DNA of 63,699 nt, filler included, from Octopus bimaculoides (GCF_001194135.2; 7 parts of 7 records of this genome joined end to end with filler, not necessarily neighbours in it); one strand, 5' to 3'; positions 38,245 through 51,394 are shown, counted from the first letter of the whole stretch. The notes: generated by a model not told the origin, from the letters alone. Translations and numbers: made by a program.

Positions 38245-39989
38245 CAGGTCACTCTTATTCCTATTGGCAACATGTAACCCATTTCAATCTATCACATGGT
38301 TGAGTTGTAGGCAACTAAAATGGCAACTCTTTCTTCATCAAGAGGGTGGTTTTCACTGGGCAATTTGTGGGACAAAAACAAAACCTGTTGAGTAGAGTCA
38401 ACAACCACCCAATAGCTGGAATTGGGAGACCCCTATTCTTTGTTTAGTGGGAGACATTAGTCTCTGTCTTTCTAGGAAAAGGAAAACCCTGAGGTAACAC
38501 CTTGCAATTTTGCTTGCATCCAATGATGTTTGCTAGTTTCCATTTTAAGTAAATTATTAACTTCATTAGTTTACAGTTGTTTCTGCTATAAGGTGGACTC
38601 ATAGCTGAGTGCCTGAATAATACCTTATAACTTCACTAGAGCCTCAAACATGAAGGGATTAACTTTTGCCATATATTTTTCTTATTACTACTCTGTATTC
38701 AACTAATGTTTCAATCAGAAGCATATGCATATTGAGTTCTACACCAGGTTATTAGTATCACAATGCCCAAGTGAAATGTGTGTGTGTGTGATAGAAAGAG
38801 AGAGTTATTTGTGAGAAGCATCACCATCATAAAAGCAGCATCTCCTTGGAGATATCCTTAATTCATTCTCACTCTCTATCCTAAATGTGAGTGGCTGTGT
38901 ATTTCCTCTACAACAAGAACCTGCTCTACTTCAACCCCTTCTATTATACCTTAACATTCATAAAACAGAGGCAACATCCTACCTCCCTGAGTTTGTTGAT
39001 TTGTAAGCTATATGGTGATCAATAGTGGCAGTGGCATGAAAAAATCACCCAGTACAGACTGTAAAATGATTGGCATAAGGAAGGGCATTTAGTACTAGAG
39101 TACAATGCAGTCCTTGACTCATTGGATCCTTGTAAAACTGTCCAATCCATGCCAGCATGATGATGATGATGATATGTTTGTGTTTGTGTGTGTGGCAGGG
39201 TTCACCTAAAACAATAGTTCCACAGTAAATGATCAATAAATTCAAACAAATGACAATGTAATATCAGTTCACATAAATGAACATTTACCTATATAAAATA
39301 AAGTGATCTAGATCTAGTTTTAATAATTTCTTAAACTGATGCAAGACTACACATTTTGTTGAGGGATTAATCAAGTAAATTGATCCCAGTATTTGACTGG
39401 CACTTTATTTTAAAGACCTCAGCAGGATAAAAGATCAAGTTGATTGCTAAAAGATTTTTACTCAGAACAAAAAGAGCTGGAATAAATAGTAATGTGCTAA
39501 TGATTTTGCCAATGCACTGTGCCAACATATTTGCTTCCCAACCACATGCTTTCATGTTCAGTCTGACTATGTGGCATTTTAGACAAGTGTCTTTAGTTGG
39601 ATTGTCATATAAATTTCTGTATTTTTTTTCCATTTATTCTAATCCTTAATTTTTATTGAGAATTTTAAAAAATCAGTCAATAAAATATTCTCTGTCATTA
39701 TTCACAATGTCTAGGAAGAATAGAGCTACCAAAACCCATAAAACACTACAATAAAAATATTTTTTGTGTCAATACAATTAATACTGGAAAAAAAAAAAAC
39801 AAATGAATTTATCTGATAACCCAGTACTTAGCCTTGGGCTGACCAAACCCTTATGAGTGGATTTGGTAGAAGAAAACTGAAAGAAACTTGTTATGTATGT
39901 GTATATGTCCTCTGATTCAACCCGATTTTTGGTATGTATGTTTCAATCAAGATTGCTGAAAAATTTTTTGCTGCTTTGAACAAACGTTT

Positions 39990-40704
39990 TCTTAAATCTA
40001 ATTGGTATCATGCTATTTCTAATTGACACACTGTGAAGGTATCCTACGCCAACTCTGCTAATTTAGAATAGCTTATGCATCACTTTATGAAAATAGAAAA
40101 ATGTGGCAAAGATTCAATAACTCACCTACTGGATCTAGCAAACATATGCATCTAAATATCAACCAAGGAGATGTAAACCGCAATGATAAACAAATGTTAC
40201 AACCAAATTGTAGCAGTAAAAATACTTATGATATAGCTAACACAGTAACAATGTCGGTAAATAAATATAAATGCTCATACAGAGAAAAGTCGAAATGTTC
40301 TTTGATGAATCTCTGTGTGAGTAAAAAATCTTGTATATAAATGTACCGTGCACACAAGGGGAGGGCTGTATGTTTACATTGGGCAGATGGTTGATTCATT
40401 TAAGAATTATTATCATAACCATGTTGCCAGCTTTAAGACAATCAATAAGATATATTCAACATCTTTGGCAGATTTTGAATGGCAACTGAAGGAGGATAAG
40501 ATGAAGTACAGCATAACTTGGTCCATAGTAAGGTACATGAAACCATACAATATAATCTCTAGAAGATGTTGTCTCTGCTCTGAGGAATCCGTCTCTATTC
40601 TGAAGACTAATGAGAAGATCATTAATAGAATTTCTGAAAGACTCTCGAGACGCCTACACACACATAGATGTACTTTCGCACAATGCAGTGACAATGAATT
40701 TTGA
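39990..40704 (+). mobile_element. degenerate Penelope-like GIY-YIG fragment
   Basis: YVYIGQMVDSFKNYYHNHVASFK..STSLADFEWQLKE..YSITWSIV..KPYN..RCCLCSEE. Confidence 0.85.
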
Positions 40705-40829
40705 GTAACCATTAACATAATTTAGTTTACTTTAAAGTATGGATGACTTAAGTTTACTTTTAACCTCCCCATTCTTACAAACACCAAGTGGATACATTAT
40801 TTACATTTGACAGCTATTTGTCCTCATCT

Positions 40830-41732
40830 TGTTTGTCGTTAACACAATGTTCCGTGACAAAAGAACTTGGGTTCTCAAAGGTTTCTGCAAGGTGGGTCCC
40901 TTGCCTTTTGACTCCTGAAAGGAAACGCACTGAAAGGAAACGCACCAGGTGCACTTTGTCCATGAGCAATGTGGAACTGTTTGAAGCTGATGAAGAGAAT
41001 TTTCTTGCGCATTTCATTACTATGGACNNNNNNNNNNNNNNNNNNNNNNNNNNNNNNNNNNNNNNNNNNNNNNNNNNNNNNNNNNNNNNNNNNNNNNNNN
41101 NNNNNNNNNNNNNNNNNNNNNNNNNNNNNNNNNNNNNNNNNNNNNNNNNNNNNNNNNNNNNNNNNNNNNNNNNNNNNNNNNNNNNNNNNNNNNNNNNNNN
41201 NNNNNNNNNNNNNNNNNNNNNNNNNNNNNNNNNNNNNNNNNNNNNNNNNNNNNNNNNNNNNNNNNNNNNNNNNNNNNNNNNNNNNNNNNNNNNNNNNNNN
41301 NNNNNNNNNNNNNNNNNNNNNNNNNNNNNNNNNNNNNTGGGAATGCTCACCAGAGGGGTCCTTTTTCATCATGACAATGCTCCAGCCCACACCTCAGTGG
41401 TTGCCATGGCAACAATTCGTGATTGTAGATACGAACTTGTTCCCCATCCACCTTATTCACCAGACTTAGCCCCGTCTAACTTTCATCTATTCCCCAAAAT
41501 GAAAAAGCCCTGGCTTGTCGCCATTTTGCTAGTGACAATGATGTCATAGACGCTGTAGGAAGTTTCTTGGAGTCCTAAACAAAAGAGTTCATCTACACCG
41601 GGATAATGGCGTTTCAGCACCGCTGAAGAAAGTGTTCAGCCATTGAGGGGGACTATGTTGAAAAATAAATCATCAGAAGTCTTGTACGATGTTTTGTTTT
41701 TTTGAGGCTCAAGACTTTTCAGACACCCCTCG
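40830..41732 (+). mobile_element. mariner transposon remnant with 3' TIR
   Basis: LGFSKVSARWVP, FHHDNAPAHTS, PHPPYSPDLAPSNFHLF, EGDYVEK*. Ends ttttcagacacccctcg|TA. Confidence 0.92.
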
Positions 41733-42537
41733 TATGTTTTATATTTTTATATTTTTTATATTCTTATACGTTTATACTCTTTTACTCTTCTTATGCTGTC
41801 CTTTAGGATCCTCTTCCCTTAGTCCTATTATATCAATTATCGCACTTACTCACTTATTTACTTGTTTTTAATTCTATTGCTCTTTTATTTGCCCATACTG
41901 GCAATGGTTTATATATTTATTTGAGTTATTTTTGCCTTATCTGTTGACCTTCAATGAACTGGAACCACGTCATGGTTTTCAAAAAAATAGCTGACTCCCA
42001 CCCCACTACACATAGGGATTCTGAGACTTGTTGATCAGCATAAAAATAACAAACGCTAACACTGCACTTTAGTCACCATCTGATTCTTTACTCTCATTAG
42101 TACACTTATATACCAAATAACCCCATGATGGGTTCACCATCATAGGCTGCTTATGCCATACCATCAGCAATATTGCACCTACATATGAACTTTCACCTCT
42201 GTAACATAGATCATACCTTCAAATCCTCCACTGTATTTCTATGTGAACATAATGTGAACTACTGCCTAAATTCACCCGTCCTAAAAACTCCTCCCAAGAA
42301 CGACTATGCTCACCTATCCACCATTGGATGAAGTAACATGGATCCTGGATTACATCATGAGAAGTTTTTAGCTTATTTCCCCTTCCTATACCTAATTCAT
42401 TTTAATAAGTTGTACTTCTCTCACAGCCTCATGTTTACTACTATTTACATGTTTTTCTGCCCTTTTCAATAATGACAAATACACTGTACCTATTGTTAAC
42501 TGTTTATTATATATATTAGCCCTCCTAACCACTTAGA

Positions 42538-42660
42538 CCATCTGAAGAAGCCTAGAGGCACACTCATCATTCAAACTTTATCTGCCCATCCCTACGGAAC
42601 ACTGAAGAGATGGAGATGGCATGGAGGATTTTGTTGCCTCTTGACAGAAACAGCCACAAG
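42538..42660 (+). ncRNA. strongly degenerate hammerhead-like motif
   Basis: CTGAAGA-..agaggca / tgcctct..-GAAA-CAGC. Stem III and stem I are decayed. Confidence 0.35.
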
Positions 42661-42833
42661 GAACTGACTCTTTGCTTTTTTATGTAATATTAATACATGT
42701 GTATGTAACACATAGCTACTACATGTGTTTGTTTCCTTCTAATACTTCCTAATGCTTTGGAATAAATAGACACACTGGAATGTCTACCGGATGATGTATG
42801 TCATTTTGTATCCTCTCCATTTTCTTATTTGCC

Positions 42834-42877
<44 letters not shown>

Positions 42878-43022
42878 TGAAACCCCCTCTGGTCATGACT
42901 GACCATGAGATTGCACCTAGAAAGTTACCCTTCGAGGCACAAGTCTGGGCAAGGTTGTTTATGGAAGACCAGCAGTCGCCCATGTATACCAGCCTCCCCT
43001 CTCCACGCCACCAGTGTTATCT

Positions 43023-43122
43023 NNNNNNNNNNNNNNNNNNNNNNNNNNNNNNNNNNNNNNNNNNNNTTAATTAATTAANNNNNNNNNNNNNNNNNNNNNN
43101 NNNNNNNNNNNNNNNNNNNNNN
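43023..43122. other. artificial scaffold join
   Basis: N44-TTAATTAATTAA-N44. Confidence 0.95.
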
Positions 43123-44382
43123 AGCCAGGAAATCCCTTAAGGGCTCCCCATGGTCCAACGCCTCGTTCCTCCCAAACAACCGTGCGAAATGCTGATGAAA
43201 GGCCTTCTGCATCTCCTCCTGTCCTTTGATCCGGCACCCCTGTTCGTCAATTAAAGACTGTACAGAAGCTTCTCTGCCTCTCCGACTCTCCATATGACGG
43301 GCCCATCCGGCAACGTTAATACCTTCTCTGCCTACCGTGCGTAACTTAGCCCTGACTCTACTACCTTCGTGTTTGGCTTGGAGGTGACGGAATAACACTG
43401 ATCTCGCCGCCAACACTCTGGATGCAGAGCCTGATGCTATGGCCTCCTCTAAATCCTTAGTTAATTGTCCTTCTACTCTAGATCCCTCTAAACTTAGCTC
43501 TTTACTAAATCTAAGAGACTCTAAACATATGGCTCTTTTGAGGGCGCACCTCCATCTGTTATTAACGATGGCTCTGCATAATGCCCTCTGCACTAACTCC
43601 TTAACCCGAGCACGGAAGACTTTACTAGTCAAAATAGACTTGTTCATCTTCCAGTACCCGCGTCCCTGTCTATGACACTTAGCTAACTGTATTTTACACG
43701 TCACAAATTTGTGATCCGTGTAAGAGGTACAGAGAAATTGTGGACAACTAACTATATCTCTATCACTATCTTTTATAATAACCCTATCTAAGTAAGACCT
43801 TTGTGAACCGTCATTATTAGACCACGTCCACTGTGGAACGAGTGGTTCATCCAGTCTGTAGCAGTCTACTAGTTTATAGCTTGCTAGTAGCCTTTTTAGG
43901 CCAGGGCTTTCTCTTCTATTGATTGAGCCATCACTAGCCACTTGCGCGTTGAGAATAGTGTTGAAGTCTCCTGTTAAAACTAAAGTTTTCGACATCACTA
44001 GAAAATTTTCCAAGTCTCAAAAGAAAATCGTTTGTCTATTCTGTAGTGGAGCATAGAGTGCTACCAACCTGAAAGACTGCTTACTCACGTGTGTCACATC
44101 TAGAACGACCAACCTACCTTCTGGGTCTAGAAAGACTGTACTTACCTGTACGTCCAAGCTTTTTTTGAACAGTACCACAACGCCCTCACTCCTTCCTTGA
44201 CTCGGAGAAATAAATTTCTCGTAGTCGTTCAGAAGAGGCGAGAATGACTGTGGGCCGTTCAGCTTGGACTCAGTCACAACGCATATATCTATCTTTCGCG
44301 ACCTGAGGTCGTCTCGGAGGCATGTCTGCTTCCATTTTGACCCCAGGCCACGTACATTTATACACCCTAACTTAACTTCCAT
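43123..44382 (-). mobile_element. L1/Tx1-clade LINE ORF2, APE endonuclease part
   Basis: MEVKLGCINVRGL.., DPEGRLVVLDV, LYAP, LVLTGDFN, SYLDRV, SYTDHKFV, GRGYWKMNKSIL. Single in-frame TGA at 44017-44019. Confidence 0.92.
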
Positions 44383-45176
44383 GATAAAAAAGCATTTAAA
44401 TTACCTTTANNNNNNNNNNNNNNNNNNNNNNNNNNNNNNNNNNNNNNNNNNNNNNNNNNNNNNNNNNNNNNNNNNNNNNNNNNNNNNNNNNNNNNNNNNN
44501 NNNNNNNNNNNNNNNNNNNNNNNNNNNNNNNNNNNNNNNNNNNNNNNNNNNNNNNNNNNNNNNNNNNNNNNNNNNNNNNNNNNNNNNNNNNNNNNNNNNN
44601 NNNNNNNNNNNNNNNNNNNNNNNNNNNNNNNNNNNNNNNNNNNNNNNNNNNNNNNNNNNNNNNNNNNNNNNNNNNNNNNNNNNNNNNNNNNNNNNNNNNN
44701 NNNNNNNNNNNNNNNNNNNNNNNNNNNNNNNNNNNNNNNNNNNNNNNNNNNNNNNNNNNNNNNNNNNNNNNNNNNNNNNNNNNNNNNNNNNNNNNNNNNN
44801 NNNNNNNNNNNNNNNNNNNNNNNNNNNNNNNNNNNNNNNNNNNNNNNNNNNNNNNNNNNNNNNNNNNNNNNNNNNNNNNNNNNNNNNNNNNNNNNNNNTT
44901 TTGTTATTAATCCATGTAACACTTCATTTTTGGTGTTGTAAGAAACAATTCTTTCTTGTGGGGGTTTAGGAGCAGGTTTCAATTTGGGAGTGGACGGGGG
45001 TATTTTTTTTGTGTGTGTTTTGCATTTTCTCTTTTTTGCTTGAAGGCGGAGGGGAGTCTGGGCCAAGAAGTTTTTTCCTTTTGTTTGTTACAACTTCAAA
45101 CTCCGTATCTTCCTCACTTTTTCCTTTTTCTATTATGATTTCTGGCATTTTTGATTTTCCTTGTTTGACATCTTTT

Positions 45177-46115
45177 TTAAGTTCTGTTTTCTCTGGTATT
45201 TCTTCCTCCCTTTGGGGAGGGACTTCTTTTTTTTTGTGTCGGTTTTTTTACTTTCTCGCATTTGGAGCGGACGTGGCCCTTTTCACCACATTTGAAACAT
45301 CTGGGCCTCCGTCCCTCCATCGACACTCTTGCACTGAGTCCCTTCCCTATGAAAATACTGTCTGGTCTGGTCTCAAGGATATCGTTTGGCGCTTGAACTA
45401 CGAGTTCAAGCGTCTGCCCCTTCCAATTGAGTGCATTTCTTCTTTTCATTGAAAGTATATTCACTTGCTCTTCTACGTCGTAAATTAAAGCTGCTACCAA
45501 CCAATACACGTCATACCTGGCTGGAATATCCTCTATTGTAATTTTAGCAGTTCTCCGGCCAAGGTATGTGGGTAAGAGCATTATCTCTTCTCTTTTTAAA
45601 GTTTGCGTAGATATCTCCTTTGCTACTTCTGCATTTTCGAATTGAGCCTCTACTGTAGCATTTTGTGGCCCTCTTCCTACATATTTGATTTTTTCCCACA
45701 CAGGGGCAAGGCTCTTTTCAATTATGTCAGTTTTCATCATCATAATGCGTTTTTCTTTACAGTTATACACTTTATAAATAACAGTTTTTACCGCTAACTT
45801 TTGTATGGTTTCCTTTGGCGGTATTAACCTTGTTTCATTGTCGGTTTTCTTAATCAAATTTCTATATTTGAACCACTGTTCGGGTATTACTTCCATAACT
45901 TCGAATTGTCCGCCAACGGCGGTTGAAAAACTGTCAACCTTTTTCGTTGCCTCGGTTACTTTTTGGTTACCTTGTAATACTTGAGTATTATCTGGAACAT
46001 TTTCTTCCTGTAAAAGTGAGAAGTCCTCGTTGCACAATAAGAATTCAATGTGTTTCGCCATTTTGTCATCCATATTGAAAATAGATTTTTTGTTCACCGG
46101 AACACACAATAGCAC
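45177..46115 (-). mobile_element. L1/Tx1-clade LINE ORF1 (gag-like CCHC knuckle)
   Basis: EGRRPRCFKCGEKGHVRSKC; directly upstream of ORF2 in the same orientation. Confidence 0.88.
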
Positions 46116-46370
46116 TTTGCAATCTCTTTAAAAAGAGAGCAGCAAAAACAATTTTTGCCCCACAGGGCGCAAATTAATAAATACGACGTTTAACAGTTCA
46201 AATTCGACAACAAGTAACAATAATCAGCAACATAAAGTAACAATAAAACGGACAGAAATAACTCACTAAATTTGGTAGTAACAACAAAACGGAAGTAGCT
46301 GGTTGAAAAAGTCTGTGAACCTCTCGCAAAGATATACTATTTCAGTGAAACACATTCACTGGTTACAAAA

Positions 46371-46787
46371 ATTAGAAATAATACATTTCTAAATCTCTCA
46401 GAGAGACTTAAGCAGTAGTGATGCAATAAAGTAGTTGTATACTGCCAACTTAACGTGACAGTCCCAATAAGGGAATATACTACTGCTATTTAGCCCTAGG
46501 AAGCTGGACTGCTTCCTTTCGGCCTTGACACATTTCCTGTGTCCTTATCTTTGCGAAGGGGAGAATGCAGGCTAGGCTGGGTGGAGGAGTTTGTCTCCCC
46601 CTCACAAAGATAAGGACACAGGAAATGTGTCAAGGCCGACAGGAAGCGGTCCAGCTTCCTAGGATTAAATAGCAGTAGTATATTCCCTTATTGGGAGTGT
46701 CACGTTAAGTTGGCAGTATACAACTACTTTATCGCATCACTACTGCTTAAGTCTCTCTGAGAGATTTAGAAATGTATTATTTCTAAT
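46371..46787. mobile_element. MITE/foldback palindrome (~190-bp arms)
   Basis: tagaaataatacatttctaaatctctcagagagacttaagc... and its near-perfect reverse complement; TA at both ends. Confidence 0.9.
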
Positions 46788-46801
46788 ATATATATAGTGA
46801 T

Positions 46802-46876
46802 TTGTCTTAATAACTGATGAGATGCAAGAGCAGACTTCAGCCCCGGTATTCGAAACTCTGAGTTTTATTATGACAA
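46802..46876 (+). ncRNA. type-I hammerhead ribozyme with canonical core
   Basis: ttgtcttaataa-CTGATGA-gatgc..gtattc-GAAA-Ct-ctg-aG-T-T-ttattatgacaa. 12-bp stem I with one mismatch; predicted cut after T46864. Confidence 0.75.
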
Positions 46877-47517
46877 CCAACTAATTGTCACATAGTATAT
46901 TTATAGATAAATTCCTCTATTTTCCATAATATCGAGGTGTCATTCATTCTTTTGTTGTCATTTTATTATTATTAATATAGATATATATATTTATATATAT
47001 GAATATATATTTACATATATAAATATATATTTTTATATATATATATTCCTTTTCTTCTTTCTTTCTTCCACTCTCTTCGTAAACTTTCCTAGTGTTAAAT
47101 AAATATTTTTCGATTCTTTCCTTAAACATTGTCTGTTTGTCTTTCTGAACATTCCTAGTTATATATTTAGATTCTTGAACCTAATTAAGGTACGCTATTT
47201 AAAGTCGTCTAAGCACTCAACGATACCATATACTCTCTTTCTTCCACGTTGCTATAGATCTCCTTATTTTCTTCCCCACAGAGCTGAAAATAACTAGTTT
47301 GTTTGAATCCCCTTAAAGTTAATTACCTCGTTTTTGATCGAATGTCCTTAAAATTCATTACCTCGATTCCCTTTTTGTAATTAGCAAAACTACTCTTCTT
47401 TCTTTCTTTCTTCCACCTTCTCTTCTTAAAGTTTCCTAGAGTTAAATATTGCTTGTTTCTCTCCTTAAACTTTGTCTCTCTCTCTGGATGTTCCTAAAGT
47501 TATATATTTCAATTTAC

Positions 47518-47556
<39 letters not shown>

Positions 47557-47744
47557 CTATAGCTCTTTTGTCTTAATAACGGTCAACCACACAGTAATTT
47601 CCCTTTGTTTAACGGTCATTTTTCACAGGAATTTTCAATGGCCGGATAACTGAAGAGATGTTGGCGTGGGTTCCCACCCTGGCATCCGAAACTTGGAGTT
47701 TTATCATGGCTACCAAATAAGTGTCACATATTTTTACAGATATA

Positions 47745-47794
<50 letters not shown>

Positions 47795-47797
<3 letters not shown>

Positions 47798-48915
47798 AGA
47801 GAGAGACCAAAGTGTATGTACGCTGCTATATATATATATAAAATACAAAATGGGACAAGAACGCAAAACATGTAGACAGTTAGGTGATTCAAGAAAGGGA
47901 CAACAAAACATCCAGATAGACAATACAAAGAAAAGAAGGACGGGTCATTCGGAGTTTTCTTTCCTCAGTTGAGTTCCAGATTATCTTTGCAATTTCGGCT
48001 GGCTATACTCGAGATTGCTCCAATCTGGCCAGTCCCAAGGAAAAACTAAGGTAAGAGCATTAGATTTCTTGGTAGAAAGCAGTGATTGTATACGAAAACA
48101 AGGATGGAAAAAACACAGAGAAGGTTAAACAAATGGAAATAACAGGACATAACAGGTGTCTTTCGACTTAGGACAAATTACATTAGGCTAGCATGTGTGG
48201 AAGTAAAGCTTTACAGCAGGGATACATGATTTCACAGGCACAGGGAAGAATATAGATGTTGCACGGACAACGGCCGGACACTGGTCATGTGGGGAGAAAA
48301 GAGAGGGAGGTAGAGGCAGAGGGACAGAAGAAATAAGGAGGGGCAAGAAAAAATGACAGGGACACAGTGAAGTGAAAAGAGGAGGGAAAGTGAGCATGAA
48401 GAGAAGGCAAGAAATGTGAGAGAGGTGGAACAAAGAGTGGAATGAACAAAGTAAGCGTGAAAGGGCTGATTGAAAGAAAGAAAGAAAATAAAAGAATAGA
48501 GTTGTACAAGATTTAGATAAATATATACATACATATAAGAGACCGCTATATATATATATATATATAAATACAAAATGGGACAAACACAAAACATCTGGAT
48601 AGTTAGGTGATACAAGAAAGGGGCAACAAAACATCCAGGTAACCGTCCATCCTTGTTTTCATATCGATTTGCTGCTTTCTTCCAAGGAATCTAATGCTCT
48701 TACCATAGTTTTTCTTTGGGGCTGGCTAGATTGGAGCAATCTCAAGTATAACCAGCTGAAATTGCAAAGATAATCTGGAACTTGACTGAGGAAAGTAAAC
48801 TCCCAATGACCTGTCCTTGTTTTCTTTGTATTGTCTATCTTTCTTGTATCACCTAACTTCTGGATGTTTTGTGTTCTTGTCCAATTTTGTATATTTCTTT
48901 ATATATATATATATG
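47795..48915. repeat. interspersed repeat present as a direct partial copy plus an inverted copy
   Basis: 47820-47920 recurs directly at ~48540-48645; 47830-48120 recurs inverted at ~48645-48910. Confidence 0.85.
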
Positions 48916-49592
48916 TGNNNNNNNNNNNNNNNNNNNNNNNNNNNNNNNNNNNNNNNNNNNNNNNNNNNNNNNNNNNNNNNNNNNNNNNNNNNNNNNNNNN
49001 NNNNNNNNNNNNNNNNNNNNNNNNNNNNNNNNNNNNNNNNNNNNNNNNNNNNNNNNNNNNNNNNNNNNNNNNNNNNNNNNNNNNNNNNNNNNNNNNNNNN
49101 NNNNNNNNNNNNNNNNNNNNNNNNNNNNNNNNNNNNNNNNNNNNNNNNNNNNNNNNNNNNNNNNNNNNNNNNNNNNNNNNNNNNNNNNNNNNNNNNNNNN
49201 NNNNNNNNNNNNNNNNNNNNNNNNNNNNNNNNNNNNNNNNNNNNNNNNNNNNNNNNNNNNNNNNNNNNNNNNNNNNNNNNNNNNNNAATCATATATTAAT
49301 TAATATTGATTAATTACCAGGAGGCTAGCACATTTAAAGAATCAAAGAGATTCAGAAATAGTATCTGCAATCTCAGGGGATTAAGGTACATTTTTATATA
49401 TAACGTTGACCACTAACGTGGACAATTAATGTGCTAGAAATAGATCACATCTTGTGTCTATTAAGACCTAAATTGTTCTCAACATGAAATATAGCAGAAT
49501 ACCAAAACATAAGCGGGCAAGACATTTAAAATCACCTAAAAAAACACATTATTAAACAGATATACATATATATATATATATATATTAATATG

Positions 49593-49822
49593 TTGTTGTA
49601 CTTGGGGATGGTCAATTTGCCAGTTTAGCCAATAAAAAGACACGCACAGTATATTTGGTGTTAATTTACTTCAGCTTTATATTACATTACATTACATTAA
49701 TCCTATTTCGGCCAGAGGATTAATGTAATGTAATATAAAGCTGAAGCAAATTAACACCAAATATACAGTGCGTATGTTTTTATTGGCTAAACTGGCAATA
49801 TGACCATCCCCAAGTACAACAA
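49593..49822. mobile_element. MITE-like palindrome (~105-bp arms)
   Basis: ttgttgtacttggggatggtca... / ...tgaccatccccaagtacaacaa. Confidence 0.9.
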
Positions 49823-50377
49823 TCATCTGTTTCAACACACGGTTTCACATCAAAAATCTTGCAAAACAAATATATATATAAATATATGTATATAAATATA
49901 TATATATATATATATCCATTTCTTCACATAATTTAATCTTTTATTACTTTATAAATTATATTATGTATTGCCATATACATAGGTTAATTACTGTAATTAA
50001 TATGATACACTATTAACGGTTACCCATATTAACTATCCACATTATAAGCATCTTTATTGCTACACGTTTATTTACAAAAATTTATGAACGTAAACATATT
50101 CTCTAAATACAAATCCACTGGAATATTTCCCTTTTTCTTTCCACTAACATACATTTTTTATCAAACACTTAATTAATTAATTTATTTTTTATTTTTTGTG
50201 GTTTATTTTGACTTCTATTTAATTTAAACTCCAATCGTAACATCCATCACTTTCCTCCTAATACTACATCCTGTAAGCTAGCGTTCTAACATCTAATGGT
50301 TTTTTAAAAACTTAGCTATGTAATGTTCTTCCAATCCGTAATTTTCACATTTGGTACAAGTCTTCCATTTAAAGAAT

Positions 50378-50467
50378 AGTTCCCTGAAGAGAAAATTACA
50401 TGTATAATAACATTTTTTATTCCTTTGGAATAGAGTGTATGTAATTTTCGAAACATATCTCGGAATT
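50378..50467 (+). ncRNA. minimal type-I hammerhead ribozyme, one stem-III mutation
   Basis: agttcc-CTGAAGA-gaaaattacat..atgtaattttc-GAAA-C-atat-(C)TC-ggaatt. Perfect 11-bp stem II; G16.2>C. Confidence 0.7.
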
Positions 50468-50504
50468 AAAGGAATTTATTTATTATTTGTATTTTGGAAA
50501 TATG

Positions 50505-51095
50505 CTGTGCGTGAGAAGACCCGGCAAGCCAAGTGAGACTAAAATCCAAGGTCTCTGCCAGGGATGTAGCCAGCCCACTTACACGTAACATTCCTTCATT
50601 GGACACTAAACTCCGCTTGCGAAGACCTGTTGAGGCAAGTGAAATCAAAATCAAACTAAATTTGTAGGAACACTAAACTCAGCTTGTGAAAACCTGTTGG
50701 GGCAAGCGAAAGCGAAATCGTGATGGCACCTGTACCAGTGGAGCACTAAGAGCACCGTCCAAGCATGATCGTTGCCAGAGCACTAGCTGTCTGGCTTCTG
50801 TGCTGGGAGCACTTAAATAGCACCAGCGTGATCGTTACCAATGTCACCTTCCTGGCACTTGTGCCAGTGGCACGTGAAAAGACATTCGAGCGAGATCGTT
50901 GCCAGTACCGCTGGACTGGCTCCTGTGCAGGTGGCTCGTAAAATACACCATTTCGAGCATGGCCGTTGCCAGTACCGCCTGATTGGCCTTCATGCCGGTG
51001 GCATGTAAAAGCACCCACTACACTCTCGGAGTGGTTGGCGTTAGGAAGGGCACCCAGGTGTAGAAACTCTGCCAAATCAGATTGGAGCCTGGGGT
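50505..51095 (+). mobile_element. RTE LINE 3' end with internally duplicated 3' UTR
   Basis: WKYAVREKTRQAK*; homologous to 23669-24225. Confidence 0.85.
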
Positions 51096-51172
51096 TAAGG
51101 TGTAGGTACAGGAGGTGGTCAAACTCTGTGTAAGGAGTTGACAACCATCATATATATATGTGAATATATATG

Positions 51173-51220
<48 letters not shown>

Positions 51221-51320
51221 NNNNNNNNNNNNNNNNNNNNNNNNNNNNNNNNNNNNNNNNNNNNTTAATTAATTAANNNNNNNNNNNNNNNNNNNNNNNN
51301 NNNNNNNNNNNNNNNNNNNN
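51221..51320. other. artificial scaffold join
   Basis: N44-TTAATTAATTAA-N44. Confidence 0.95.

Positions 51321-51394
<74 letters not shown>

Noticed and set aside
47935-47975. Hammerhead-like CTGAGGA...GAAT on the minus strand (and its copy near 48790)
   Set aside because: GAAA/UH geometry and stems I and II do not form.
50540-50720. Possible HDV-like ribozyme in the RTE 3' region
   Set aside because: Only one hairpin found; could not identify P1/P2/P3 pairing.
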